This document shows positions 18,991-28,946 of a stretch of DNA of 38,652 nucleotides, in pieces. The stretch is taken from the sequence record DRR723986_6608. One strand, written 5' to 3'. The notes under the pieces are model-generated. The model did no database searches. It was not told where the DNA came from and worked only from the letters and a program-made list of their open reading frames with translations. Each line of letters opens with the position of its first letter. Position 1 is the stretch's first letter. Position numbers and translations under genes: made by a program.

Positions 18991-19706
18991 AGCGCTTAGC
19001 GATAATTGTTGTTTGCATACTGTTTTTTATCGTCGGCGTTGTTTGGCGAGCGCCTGCTTGGCTGCTAAGCGATGTAGCGGGTGAGCAGTTAGCTGGCGTT
19101 GAGCTGGGTGTTGCCAAGGGCTCGCTTTGGCGAGGGGAATTCAGTCATGTTGGTGTTCAGGGTGTCACGCTTCGCGGCGTAAGTTGGCAGCTGTCTCCTC
19201 TGCAGAGTTTTTCCGGCAAGCCTCTTGCTCTATCTATTGCTGAGCCCGCCAACGTGGCGTTAACGGCAGGTGTGAAGGGGGATGCCTTACTGATTTCGGG
19301 GCTGACTGCCACAGGGCGTTTGGCGCCTGTGCTCGAGGCGATACAGGTACCTGCGATGGGCTTTGACGGCGTATTCAATGCGCAGGCATCTGAGGCAAGT
19401 CTGACTGCTCAGGGGTGTCAGTCGCTTACCGGGAATGTGGAGATAGGGCAGCTAAGCGGTGATATCGACGGTTTGGAAAGCCTGGGGCAGATTCGGGCCG
19501 AGGTCAGTTGCGATGCCGGTAGACTGCGGATCGTCATCGATGAGGCGAATCCTCACCGCCTACGTGGCACCGTAACGCTTGATGCGCGCGGCGTACCTCG
19601 CGGTCAAATTAGTTTAACGCCACCACCGCAGAGTGATATTTATCGCAGCCTCAGCCAGATGTTTGGGCGTCCGCGCAACGGGAAGGACTTCACGCTGCGT
19701 TTGTAA
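18987..19706 (+). CDS. gspN: type II secretion protein N
   Basis: N-terminal anchor, APA, GSLWRG, WQLSP and two Cys residues; last gene of the operon. Confidence 0.85.
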   Translation: MKRLAIIVVCILFFIVGVVWRAPAWLLSDVAGEQLAGVELGVAKGSLWRGEFSHVGVQGVTLRGVSWQLSPLQSFSGKPLALSIAEPANVALTAGVKGDALLISGLTATGRLAPVLEAIQVPAMGFDGVFNAQASEASLTAQGCQSLTGNVEIGQLSGDIDGLESLGQIRAEVSCDAGRLRIVIDEANPHRLRGTVTLDARGVPRGQISLTPPPQSDIYRSLSQMFGRPRNGKDFTLRL

Positions 19707-19729
19707 GCAATTGAACGTTATGAGGGCGG

Positions 19730-20779
19730 CTAGTCGCTTGCAGAAAGCCCACATTGTTTAAGGAGTTGCGAGCTTAGCGAAACATGCTCACGGTGGCTGG
19801 CTGTCACCGCGTTGAGCAGCGCGTCGCGCTCGGTTTGCCACTGATGGTAGGCGGCGGGCAGGGCGGTGTCGCCAAGATGTTCGGCTAGCGTGGTCTCGAT
19901 GGCCCGCGTTGCCGTTAGCAGCGCGTTCTGATGTCGATAGCTCTGCGCTGCGAGCACTTGAATCGAACCGATAAACTGCCTGTGCAGCACCGCGGCGTAG
20001 CGCTGAGCGCGCGGCGTCGGCTTGCCTTGCAAGCACAGTGGTCGCCCATCTATACGCTGCTGAAGGAGCGCATTGGCCTGTTGCAGGCCGGCCAGTGCCT
20101 GGGCCTGGAAGTGCAGCATTTCACCGCCGAGCCCGGCGCGTAGCGTTTCCAGTATGGCGACAACGTCGGTGTGCGCGTCGAAGCCTTGCCCGCTCAACCA
20201 CTGCTGTTGCAGGTGCTGCCAGCGTTGCAAAGCGCGAGTGGCCTGATCCTGAGTCGCATCTGGGTAAGCCTGGCGCTGGTCTGGTGAGCTGCTCCAAAGT
20301 TGGCGGTATTCACCTCCGCCGAGCAGTGCGTTGGCAAGCCGGTGGGCGAGTTGCTGCTGTTTGTGATTTCTCACCGCTGCCAGGGTGGTGGCAAGGGCGT
20401 TATCGTCTTCCGATTTCAGATAGGCAATGCAGGGTTCTACCTCGTCGAGAAATCGCAAGCTAAACACCAGGTCGGTGGCGCTATCGCGGTGTCGGCCCAA
20501 AATACTATTCTGTTCAGCTAGCGTTTGCGACAGTGCGCAGCGGCGTAAACGCAGAAACTCCAGCAGGTTGATGTCGTCGCCATTGATCGGCAGCGTTACC
20601 GATGCCGGATGAGGGTAGCGAGGGCGACTAACGCTAAGCGCCTTAGCCTCTCGCTCAAGCACTCGCTGTAATCCGTCAATATAGCGCTGCCATGCGGCGG
20701 CATGGGGGTCGTCGTGGCTGCTGCATGCGGCGACAATAGAAAAGGTCGCGGCCGCGAGCCCGCGAAGGACCGCCCTCAT
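19730..20779 (-). CDS. lipoprotein, DUF3080-like
   Basis: Lipobox VAAC; Y..GLQRVL, LLEFLRLRRCAL, EQNSILG and LCLQG patterns recalled for DUF3080; overlaps the GPx stop. Confidence 0.75.
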   Translation of the reverse strand: MRAVLRGLAAATFSIVAACSSHDDPHAAAWQRYIDGLQRVLEREAKALSVSRPRYPHPASVTLPINGDDINLLEFLRLRRCALSQTLAEQNSILGRHRDSATDLVFSLRFLDEVEPCIAYLKSEDDNALATTLAAVRNHKQQQLAHRLANALLGGGEYRQLWSSSPDQRQAYPDATQDQATRALQRWQHLQQQWLSGQGFDAHTDVVAILETLRAGLGGEMLHFQAQALAGLQQANALLQQRIDGRPLCLQGKPTPRAQRYAAVLHRQFIGSIQVLAAQSYRHQNALLTATRAIETTLAEHLGDTALPAAYHQWQTERDALLNAVTASHREHVSLSSQLLKQCGLSASD

Positions 20780-21354
20780 TGATCCAAAATGGCGATGACG
20801 GCATTGACGAGTTCCTCAGAAAGCGGCGTCACGGCCGACGGGAAGGTTTGGCCAATACCGGTTTGTGGGTCGAATACGGTCTTGAAGAAGTTCCAGCTTG
20901 GCGAGATTCCACTACTGTCCTGCGCGAGCGCTAGCAGCGGGTGGGGCGAATCGCAGCGTATACAACCGCGATGGAAAACAGGGAAACTCACACCAAAATT
21001 TGCGTGGCAGACTTTCGCTGTGCGTTTGCTGTCTGAATATTCCTGATTACCGAAGTCCGCCGTTGGTACACCGAGTACAAGTAGCCCTTGGTCTTTGTAG
21101 CGCTGGTATAGCGCTTCCAGACCCTTAAATTGAGGTGTGTAGCCGCACAAACTGGCGGTATTGACGATGACGACCGCCTTCGCAGAACGAAGCGTGTCGC
21201 AAAGTTGCAATGTTCCTGCTTCGAGTGTTGCCAATTCGCTGTTCAAACTGGCCGGGCATTGCCAATGTTCCTCTGCGGAGGGCTTGGCCTGCACCGCTAG
21301 GCTGCCCAGCAGCAGTATGATGGTAGTGAGAAGTCTCCCTGGGCAGGCAAGCAT
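20776..21354 (-). CDS. exported glutathione peroxidase family protein (Cys-type)
   Basis: Signal peptide ending VQA; VNTASLCGYTPQ, LGVPTADFGNQE and WNFFK; TAAGGAG RBS. Confidence 0.92.
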   Translation of the reverse strand: MLACPGRLLTTIILLLGSLAVQAKPSAEEHWQCPASLNSELATLEAGTLQLCDTLRSAKAVVIVNTASLCGYTPQFKGLEALYQRYKDQGLLVLGVPTADFGNQEYSDSKRTAKVCHANFGVSFPVFHRGCIRCDSPHPLLALAQDSSGISPSWNFFKTVFDPQTGIGQTFPSAVTPLSEELVNAVIAILDQ

Positions 21355-21366
21355 ATCGCGCGCTCC

Positions 21367-21510
21367 TTAAAATTCTGCATCTTCGTCGATGCTGCGATGG
21401 CAGTTCTTCGCTGCAGTCTGCGACTTGATTGGCACCGGTACAACCGCGGGCTTAACCGGCTGGGCCGCTTGCCACAATCGGATAAAATAGTCGCATAATC
21501 TATTAATCAT
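21367..21510 (-). CDS. putative 47-aa small protein (not in ORF track)
   Basis: MINRLCDYFIRLWQAAQPVKPAVVPVPIKSQTAAKNCHRSIDEDAEF; GAGGT RBS just upstream of the ATG; its TAA is part of the TAAGGAG RBS of the GPx gene. Confidence 0.6.
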   Translation of the reverse strand: MINRLCDYFIRLWQAAQPVKPAVVPVPIKSQTAAKNCHRSIDEDAEF

Positions 21511-21614
21511 TGTGTACCTCTTTGCTATCGGTTTGCGAGTTGTTACGTAGAGGTGTACGGAAGTTAGTGTAATTGCGATGTAAGGCGGCGCCGCCGATCA
21601 CCGTGGGGAGGGTT

Positions 21615-23000
21615 ATGCTGTCAAACATGCGCCTGGCCATGCTGGACCTGGAAACGACGGGTGCGTCTGCTTCGCGTGATGAAATCACCGAGATTGCGGT
21701 GATTATTCGCGACGCTGAAGAGCAAGATGCCTGGCAATCGCTGCTGCGTGTTGATCGCGACATTCCCTCTTTTATCCAGCGACTCACTGGCATTACGGCC
21801 GAGATGCTGGTCGATGCGCCCAGCTTTGAGTCGCTGGCGCCCCAGCTGATGGAATACCTTGAGGGGGCTGTGCTGGTAGCCCACAACGCGCGCTTTGATG
21901 CTGCATTCCTTAAACAGGCATTTCGACGCTTGGGTTTTGACTACAAACCCAAAGTGCTTTGCTCATTGAAGCTGGCCCGCAGTTTGTACCCAGATTGGCC
22001 GAAGCATGGTTTGGATGCGTTGTGCAGCCAAATTGGCTACGAGCGGGACTGTCGCCATCGCGCGATGGCAGATGTGCTTGCCATGAAGGCATTTTTAGAA
22101 TTTGCGATCGCCGACCTGGGGGAGGAGCGGGTGACGGCGGAAGTGCACGCTCAGTTAAAAATACCGTCCCTGCCTGTGCATATCACCGCTGAAATGCTGG
22201 ATGAGATCCCTGATCGGCCGGGTGTGTACCGCTTCTTTGGCGAAAATGACGCGCTGCTTTATGTGGGGAAAAGTATCGCTATGCGCAGCCGGGTGTTATC
22301 GCACTTTGGTGCGGGCGGCCGCCAAGGCAAGGCCATGCGCATGGCTCAGCAATTGCGCCGCATTGAGTGTAGCGAGACCGCAGGTGAACTGGGGGCGTTG
22401 CTTCAGGAAAGTGCAGAAATAAAAACGACAATGCCGCTGCACAACCGCCAGCTGCGCCGCCAGCGCGAGCTCTGTGCTGCGAGCCTGCAGCCAGACGAGG
22501 ATGGTTATATCGGCCTGCAGTTTTTGGCGCCAGATCAGCCATTACCAGAGACGGAATTCTGTCTTTTTAAGCACCGCAAGCAGGCGCAGCAGTTGCTTCG
22601 TGACTTTGTCAAAAGTGATGGCTTGTGCCCACAACGCCTGGGCTTGGAGCGAGGCGGCAGCTGCTTTTCATACCAGCTGGGCCACTGCGCTGGCGCCTGC
22701 TGTGGCGAGCAATCGCCAGAGCAATACAATGCGCTGCTTAAAAAGAAGCTCGCCCTGCGTTGTGTGGAGAGTTGGCCCTATGACGGCCCAGTACTTATTG
22801 TTGAGCCGAGTAGCGATGATAGCCGTGTCGACTGGCATCTGGTTGATCGCTGGCGTTATTTCGGTACTTTCAGCGATTGCCGCCCGGAGAGCGATGACTG
22901 CGAACAACGCGTGCTCGCGGCTCAGCCCTTTGACTACGATCACTACCGCATTTTGCAGTCTTTTCGTCAGCGTTTGACGTGGCAGTCGCTAAAGCCGTGA
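21615..23000 (+). CDS. DEDDh 3'-5' exonuclease fused to a GIY-YIG (UvrC/Cho-like) domain
   Basis: LDLETTG, AHNARFD and HRAMAD; PGVYRF..LLYVGKS..RSRV; Cys cluster CFSYQLGHCAGACCG; GGGGAGGG RBS before ATG 21615. Confidence 0.92.
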   Translation: MLSNMRLAMLDLETTGASASRDEITEIAVIIRDAEEQDAWQSLLRVDRDIPSFIQRLTGITAEMLVDAPSFESLAPQLMEYLEGAVLVAHNARFDAAFLKQAFRRLGFDYKPKVLCSLKLARSLYPDWPKHGLDALCSQIGYERDCRHRAMADVLAMKAFLEFAIADLGEERVTAEVHAQLKIPSLPVHITAEMLDEIPDRPGVYRFFGENDALLYVGKSIAMRSRVLSHFGAGGRQGKAMRMAQQLRRIECSETAGELGALLQESAEIKTTMPLHNRQLRRQRELCAASLQPDEDGYIGLQFLAPDQPLPETEFCLFKHRKQAQQLLRDFVKSDGLCPQRLGLERGGSCFSYQLGHCAGACCGEQSPEQYNALLKKKLALRCVESWPYDGPVLIVEPSSDDSRVDWHLVDRWRYFGTFSDCRPESDDCEQRVLAAQPFDYDHYRILQSFRQRLTWQSLKP

Positions 23001-23098
23001 AGCGCGTGCGCGGATGCCCTACAATAGCGCCATGTTTTTGCCTTGGTCGCCCTGCTGGGGTGCCCCTGAATTTTTGACTGACTTTGAAAAGGCCGATT

Positions 23099-24274
23099 AT
23101 GAGCATTTCTTCTTTCCACCCTCCTGTGCGCACGTTGATGGGGCCGGGGCCCTCAGACGTTCACCCACGCATTCTTGAGGCACTTGGCCGCCCAACCCTG
23201 GGGCATCTTGATCCATTATTCGTCGGAATGATGGACGAGCTGAAGAGCCTGCTTAAATACGCTTTTAACACCGAAAACGAATTAACCTTGCCGATTTCCG
23301 CTCCGGGTTCTGCCGGTATGGAGGCGTGTTTTGTTAACTTGGTAGAGCCAGGTGATACCGTTATCGTTTGTATCAACGGTGTATTTGGTACCCGCATGCG
23401 CGAGAACGTGACCCGCATCGGCGCAACGGCGGTAACCGTTGACGGCGAGTGGGGGAAGCCTGTTGATCCGGCCCAGCTCGAAGAAGCGCTGAAAGCGCAT
23501 CCCGAAGCAAAAGTCGTGGCATTTGTTCACGCGGAGACGTCTACTGGCGCCCTGAGTGATGCCAAAACACTTTGTGCCCTGGCGCGTCAGTATGACTGCC
23601 TGAGTATTGTCGATGCGGTTACCTCTCTCGGCGGCGTGGAATTGCGCGTTGACGACTGGGGAATCGACGCCATCTATTCCGGCAGCCAGAAGTGCCTGTC
23701 GTGTACGCCAGGTTTGTCCCCAGTCAGTTTCAGTGACGCTGCCATTGCCGCCATCAAGGCTCGCAAACACCCCGTGCAGAGCTGGTTCCTGGATATGAAT
23801 CTGATTCTGGGTTACTGGGGAGAGGGTGGTAAGCGCGCCTATCACCACACGGCGCCTGTCAATGCGCTGTATGGCCTGCACGAGTCGTTGGTCATGCTGC
23901 AGGAGGAGGGGCTGGAGAACGCGTGGGCTCGCCACCGCCGCATGCACAATGCACTCGCTGCGGGCTTGGAGAGTCTGGGTATGCGTTTTGTTGTGGATGC
24001 CGACAGCCGCTTGCCGCAGCTGAACAGCGTGTACATCCCAGAAGGGGTGGATGATGCGGCTGTGCGTCAGCAATTGCTCGCCGACCACAACCTGGAGATC
24101 GGCGCCGGACTGGGTGACTTTGCAGGCAAAGTATGGCGAATTGGTCTGATGGGCTACAGCGCAAGGATGGAGAACATCGAACTGCTGCTGGCGTCATTGG
24201 CCGAGGCCATGCAAGCCCAGGGTTACGACTGTGACGCCGAGGCAGCGCTTGCGGCAGCACGCGCGCAGGCCTAA
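23099..24274 (+). CDS. class V PLP aminotransferase (alanine-glyoxylate/serine-pyruvate type)
   Basis: LMGPGPS, VHAETSTG, VDAVTS, PLP-lysine motif SGSQKCL, YHHT and WRIGLMG. Confidence 0.93.
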   Translation: MSISSFHPPVRTLMGPGPSDVHPRILEALGRPTLGHLDPLFVGMMDELKSLLKYAFNTENELTLPISAPGSAGMEACFVNLVEPGDTVIVCINGVFGTRMRENVTRIGATAVTVDGEWGKPVDPAQLEEALKAHPEAKVVAFVHAETSTGALSDAKTLCALARQYDCLSIVDAVTSLGGVELRVDDWGIDAIYSGSQKCLSCTPGLSPVSFSDAAIAAIKARKHPVQSWFLDMNLILGYWGEGGKRAYHHTAPVNALYGLHESLVMLQEEGLENAWARHRRMHNALAAGLESLGMRFVVDADSRLPQLNSVYIPEGVDDAAVRQQLLADHNLEIGAGLGDFAGKVWRIGLMGYSARMENIELLLASLAEAMQAQGYDCDAEAALAAARAQA

Positions 24275-24358
24275 ATTCGTCTCGGTTTATGCCGATAGTG
24301 CTCAACACAGATTCTGCTAGGCTTGAGGTGAAAAAATCGGTCTACAGGAGTTTGTCGC

Positions 24359-25204
24359 TTGAGCACTAGCGGACAATTTATCGAACAAATTCGCGCAGAT
24401 CTGCTCCGCGCCATCGAAGACGATGCGGTAAGCCTGCCTACGCTTCCCGAGGTCGCGCTGGAAATTCGTGAAGCGGCCAGTGACCCAGACGTTGAGATTC
24501 CGATCCTGGCGGCGATCATCGAGCATGACAGCTCCATCGCCGCGCGTCTTATCCGGGTTGCTAATAGCTCATTGCTAAGGGGCCTTGAGCCCACCTACGA
24601 TGTGAAGGGTGCGATTTCGCGAATCGGTCTGGCCTATACCTCGACCATGGTTACGACCCTGGCGATGCAGCAAATCTTCCTGTCGAACAAAGATGCATTG
24701 AACAAGCGGATGCGCGCAGTGTGGGTGCACAGCGCAGATGTTGCCGCCATTTGCCATACCCTGGCGAAAACACAGCGTCACCTGAAACCAGAGCTTGCCA
24801 CGCTTGCCGGTGTGATCCACCAGATTGGTGCATTACCTATTCTTTCCTACGCCGTGGGGCGGGGGGTGATCCGCGACCATCCGCAGTTGCTCGACCAGGT
24901 GTTGATTGCGCTGACACCGGAATTGGGGCGGGTCATTCTTGAGTCGTGGGGCTTTCCCGACGAGCTGGTGATTGTTCCCGAGGCGCACCTGGATTTTAGC
25001 CGTCACTTGGAGCGGCCCGACTACGCTGACCTCGTCACGGTTGCCAATTTGCACACCTACGCCGGTACAGAGCACCCCTTTGGTCAAGTTGAATGGGCGG
25101 GCGTTGCCGCCTTTGAGCGCTTGGGGCTACCGGTCAATCCCGGTGAGATGGACGAGAGCTACCAACAGCAGATCGAGCAAATGCAGGACCTGCTTAGGGC
25201 TTAA
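24359..25204 (+). CDS. stand-alone HDOD domain protein
   Basis: LPTLPEVA, RLIRVANS, AISRIG, GVIHQIG and WGFP; AGGAG RBS. Confidence 0.9.
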   Translation: MSTSGQFIEQIRADLLRAIEDDAVSLPTLPEVALEIREAASDPDVEIPILAAIIEHDSSIAARLIRVANSSLLRGLEPTYDVKGAISRIGLAYTSTMVTTLAMQQIFLSNKDALNKRMRAVWVHSADVAAICHTLAKTQRHLKPELATLAGVIHQIGALPILSYAVGRGVIRDHPQLLDQVLIALTPELGRVILESWGFPDELVIVPEAHLDFSRHLERPDYADLVTVANLHTYAGTEHPFGQVEWAGVAAFERLGLPVNPGEMDESYQQQIEQMQDLLRA

Positions 25205-25216
25205 TGCTGCCTTGGC

Positions 25217-25981
25217 CTAGTCTTTTGGCTGGGCGTCGAATTGTTGCCCGTTCACCTCGCGGCTGTCGTCGCTCATCAAATAGAGATAGAGCGGCATAAT
25301 GGCCTCGGGGGAGGGGTTATCGGTCGGGTTTTCACCGGGATAGGCGCTGCGGCGCATTTCGGTGTTCGTGGCCCCTGGGTTAATACTATTCACCCGAGTG
25401 CCATTTAAGTCGTATTCCTCGTCGGCAAGAATTTGCATCATCGCTTCGGTGGCAAATTTTGAAACCGAGTACGCGCCCCAGAAAGCGCGCCCTTTGCGCC
25501 CCACGCTCGATGAGGTAAACACCAGCGATCCATTTTTCGATGCTGCGAGTACGGGTAGCAATGCTTGCGTCATCATAAACTGCGCGTTCACGTTGACCTG
25601 CATAACTTCTTCCCAGCTGTCCAGCGTGGTTTGGGCAAGTGAGCGCCGCTGGCCGAGAATGCTGGCATTGTGAAGCAGGCCATCCAGGCGGCCGAACTCC
25701 CGCTCTATGGTGTCGGCCAACTCCTGGTAGTCGTGTGCAGCGGCGCCCCGCAGGTGCATGGGGTAAATGGCGGCTTGTGGCGCCGACATGGCTTCGATTT
25801 CGTCGTACACCGCTTCGAGTTTTTCTATGGTTCTGCCAAGCAAGATGACCGTGGCACCGTGCTTTGCAAAACTCAGTGCTGCCGCGCGCCCGATGCCGTC
25901 GCCGGCACCTGTGACCAAAATAACTTTATCTTTCAAACACTCTGCATCGGCAGTGAAATTTACAGGTAGGCGTTGTGGCAC
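25217..25981 (-). CDS. yciK: YciK family short-chain dehydrogenase/reductase
   Basis: TGAGDGIG, LHNAS, YSVSK and INPGAT; conserved synteny after gph. Confidence 0.9.
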   Translation of the reverse strand: MPQRLPVNFTADAECLKDKVILVTGAGDGIGRAAALSFAKHGATVILLGRTIEKLEAVYDEIEAMSAPQAAIYPMHLRGAAAHDYQELADTIEREFGRLDGLLHNASILGQRRSLAQTTLDSWEEVMQVNVNAQFMMTQALLPVLAASKNGSLVFTSSSVGRKGRAFWGAYSVSKFATEAMMQILADEEYDLNGTRVNSINPGATNTEMRRSAYPGENPTDNPSPEAIMPLYLYLMSDDSREVNGQQFDAQPKD

Positions 25982-25992
25982 GGATTGTCCTC

Positions 25993-26655
25993 TTAGGCTT
26001 GCAGTTGCTGAAGGGCGTCATCAAGTTGTTGGGCGTGATCGATAATAATATCGGCCTTCCAGTCGCCAATATCCTCTCCCAAAGGGACATAGCCATAGCG
26101 ACAGGCGATCGTTTTCATGCCGGCATTGCGTCCCGCATCAATATCGCGGCGGTGGTCGCCGACATAGATGGCTTCTGAGGGGCGAATACCGAGGTGCTTA
26201 CAGGCCAGGTACATCGGCTCTGGATGAGGTTTGCGGTTGCCCACATCGTCCGGGCAAACTGCGGTCGCGCAGCGACTGGTCAAGGCCAGCTGTTTCAGCA
26301 GCGGCGTGGTAAAGCGCGCGGGCTTGTTGGTAACAATGCCCCAGGCGATACCGCGGCTTTCCAATTTTTGGAGCTGGCCCTCCATGCCGGGAAAAAGGCT
26401 GGTTTCCTCTGACAGCGAGGCCTCATAGCGGTCTAAAAAAGCGTCCAGAAGTGGTGCAAAAGCCGGGTCTTCTGGCTCGAGCCCAAAGCCCAGTCGTACC
26501 ACCGCGCGCGCGCCTTCAGAGACGCAGCACCGCACTGAATTGTAGTCTTGCAACGGTCGCTGATGCTCGGCTAACAGGCCGTTGAGAACGCGGGTAAAGT
26601 CGGCCGCGGTGTCGAGCAGGGTGCCATCAAGGTCAAATAAAACGGCTTTTAGCAT
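25993..26655 (-). CDS. HAD phosphatase (phosphoglycolate phosphatase/MupP-like)
   Basis: FDLDGTL, VTNK, KPHP and YVGD..RD; follows ubiG as mupP does in pseudomonads. Confidence 0.88.
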   Translation of the reverse strand: MLKAVLFDLDGTLLDTAADFTRVLNGLLAEHQRPLQDYNSVRCCVSEGARAVVRLGFGLEPEDPAFAPLLDAFLDRYEASLSEETSLFPGMEGQLQKLESRGIAWGIVTNKPARFTTPLLKQLALTSRCATAVCPDDVGNRKPHPEPMYLACKHLGIRPSEAIYVGDHRRDIDAGRNAGMKTIACRYGYVPLGEDIGDWKADIIIDHAQQLDDALQQLQA

Positions 26656-27374
26656 TACAGCGGCTTCTTAACGTGAACCATATAGTTCACATCGACATCG
26701 TTTTCATTCAGGCGATAGCGCTTGAACAGCGGGTTGTAGGTCAGCCCGGTCATGTGCTGTAGCTGAAGATCATTTTCTCTCAGCCAGTCGGCCAGTTCAG
26801 AGGGCCGTATGAACTTGCTGTATTCATGGGTGCCCTTGGGGAGCAGCCCGAGAATATACTCAGCGCCGACAATGCTGAGCGCAAAGGCTTTGGGGTTGCG
26901 GTTTATGGTTGAAAAATAGAGGTTGCCACCGGGTTTGCATAGTTTGGCGCAGGCGCGAATGACCGATGCTGGGTTCGGCACGTGTTCAAGCATTTCCAGA
27001 CAGGTGACGATGTCGTAGTGGCCGGCCTGGTCTTCGGCGATTTCTTCTGCGGTGGCCTGGAAGTATTCAACCTTGGCGCCCGACTCCAGTTGATGTAAGC
27101 GCGCAACGCTCAGCGGCGCCTCACCCATATCGATACCGGTGACTTTGGCGCCACGCAAGGCCATTGACTCCGAGAGTATGCCGCCGCCGCAGCCGATGTC
27201 TATCACGCGCTGCTCTGCGAGCGGCGAGCGTTCATCAATGTAGTTTACCCGCAGCGGGTTGATGTCGTGCAGTGGCTTAAACTCACTGTTGCGGTCCCAC
27301 CAGCGATGGGCCAGTTCCTCGAACTTGGCGATTTCTGATGGATCGACATTGCTGTGTTGTGATGATGCTTGCAT
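26655..27374 (-). CDS. ubiG: ubiquinone biosynthesis O-methyltransferase
   Basis: [25 protein letters not shown] and EMLEHVP; ATG 27374 preceded by GGAG. Confidence 0.97.
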   Translation of the reverse strand: MQASSQHSNVDPSEIAKFEELAHRWWDRNSEFKPLHDINPLRVNYIDERSPLAEQRVIDIGCGGGILSESMALRGAKVTGIDMGEAPLSVARLHQLESGAKVEYFQATAEEIAEDQAGHYDIVTCLEMLEHVPNPASVIRACAKLCKPGGNLYFSTINRNPKAFALSIVGAEYILGLLPKGTHEYSKFIRPSELADWLRENDLQLQHMTGLTYNPLFKRYRLNENDVDVNYMVHVKKPL

Positions 27375-27375
27375 G

Positions 27376-28716
27376 CTACTCTCCACTGATTTTTTGCCGC
27401 CAGTACTGCGCTTTTTCGATAACTTCGCGGCTGTCCAGCGTGGTTAGTTCGCCATTATCCAGCATACGTCGGCCTTTGATCCAGCTGTGGCGCACGCAAT
27501 GGCTAATATTCGTGTACACCAGTTGCGAAACGGGTGTGTAAATGGGTTGCTGTGGCAGGTCGGTCAGGTCGATTGCGATCACATCGGCGTGTTTGCCGAG
27601 CTCCAGGCTGCCGGTAATGTGGTCGATGCCCAGTGCGCGGGCGCCGTTGATAGTGGCCATTTGCAGAGCGTAGTGGTCCGGCACTGCAGCGGCATCTGCG
27701 GCGACTGCTTTGCCAAGCAGGGCGGCGGTGCGCAATTCGCCAAACATGTCCAGGTCGTTGTTGCTGGCCGCGCCATCGGTGCCGAGGGCGACATTAATGC
27801 CGGCATTGCGCATTTTTTCCACCGGTGAAAAGCCACTGGCTAACTTGAGGTTGGACTCGGGGCAATGAATCGCGTGGCTGCGGTGCTCGGCTAGCAGGGC
27901 GATATCGTCATCGTTGAGGCAGGCGAGGTGCACACACTGGCTGCGCGGCCCCAATAGACCCAATTTGGCTAGCCTTTCGATAGGTCTCAGGCCGGTTTGT
28001 TTGAGTGCGTCGTCAACCTCGTGCTGTGTTTCATGGAGGTGGATCTGTATAGCGCAGTCGAGTTCTTCGGCAAACATCACCACCTTGCTCATCGCCTCAT
28101 CACCGACGGTGTAGGGGGCATGGGGGCCAAAGGCAATATTGATCAGGTCGCTGTGCTTGTAGTCGTCGCGCAAGGCCAAACCCTTGCGAAAATACTCGTC
28201 GGGGCCGCTACCCCAGGCGCTGGGGAAGTCGAAGATGGGAAAGCACAGTTGCGCGCGTATTCCGGCGCGCCGTGCGACTTCGGCGGCGGCTTCAGGAAAA
28301 AAGTACATGTCGCTAAACGTGGTTGTCCCGCCGCGTAGCATCTCGGCAATTGCCAGTGCCGTTCCGTCACGAACAAATTCCTCGCCCACCCATTGGCCTT
28401 CGGCCGGCCATATATGCTCGTTGAGCCACTGCTGAAGGGGTTGGTCATCTGCCATGCCGCGAAACAGGCTCATGGCGGTGTGGCCATGAGCATTAATGAG
28501 GCCGGGCATCAGCAGCTGGTCGCCGAGCGCAATGTGTTCATGTGCGGAAAGGCCACGGGCCTCGGCCTCTGGGAGAATGCCGCTGATGCAGCCGTCGGTA
28601 ATGGCCAGTGCGTGGTTTTCAAGCAATGGGCAGCCTTCACTCATGGGTAATATCCAGCGAGCGGAGATCAGGGTGTCAATGCGGTCGAGGGCGGCACGGC
28701 TCATGGTGTAAGACAT
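27376..28716 (-). CDS. mtaD: TRZ/ATZ amidohydrolase (MTA/SAH deaminase-like)
   Basis: [33 protein letters not shown] and [10 protein letters not shown]; conserved position between gyrA and ubiG. Confidence 0.85.
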   Translation of the reverse strand: MSYTMSRAALDRIDTLISARWILPMSEGCPLLENHALAITDGCISGILPEAEARGLSAHEHIALGDQLLMPGLINAHGHTAMSLFRGMADDQPLQQWLNEHIWPAEGQWVGEEFVRDGTALAIAEMLRGGTTTFSDMYFFPEAAAEVARRAGIRAQLCFPIFDFPSAWGSGPDEYFRKGLALRDDYKHSDLINIAFGPHAPYTVGDEAMSKVVMFAEELDCAIQIHLHETQHEVDDALKQTGLRPIERLAKLGLLGPRSQCVHLACLNDDDIALLAEHRSHAIHCPESNLKLASGFSPVEKMRNAGINVALGTDGAASNNDLDMFGELRTAALLGKAVAADAAAVPDHYALQMATINGARALGIDHITGSLELGKHADVIAIDLTDLPQQPIYTPVSQLVYTNISHCVRHSWIKGRRMLDNGELTTLDSREVIEKAQYWRQKISGE

Positions 28717-28817
28717 TCCTAGCGTGAAAGCGGCAAGTATACCTGTTCCTGTGTGCAGTTGTGACGATAAGGCGCTGATATTCGGCCTTTATACGCTGTC
28801 TATGCACACTTGGAATA

Positions 28818-28826
28818 TGCTAATAT
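28818..28826 (+). promoter_or_regulatory. putative extended -10 element of gyrA
   Basis: TG-c-TAATAT in the divergent intergenic region. Confidence 0.4.
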
Positions 28827-28946
28827 TCTCGCTTTGTTTCCCGCTTGGCCACCGCCAGATTGGTTGGGCGGCAGGGCAGTAAAAACGCGCATTGGGCGGC
28901 GCTGCTGCCGCTCAAGGGTCGCTGACAATAAGGATGCTTGCTATTC

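Noticed and set aside
8709..19706. Missing gspO as a sign of a defective T2SS
   Set aside because: The prepilin peptidase is commonly shared with type IV pili (pilD) elsewhere, and all 12 genes here look intact.
20776..21354. Possible selenocysteine GPx
   Set aside because: The active-site codon encodes Cys and there is no in-frame TGA.
23282..24088. 268-aa antisense ORF in the aminotransferase gene
   Set aside because: Shadow ORF with no motifs.
21615..25204. Nuclease plus HD-like protein as an anti-phage system
   Set aside because: The genes are separated by a housekeeping aminotransferase, HDOD is a common signalling domain, and there are no island or mobility signatures.
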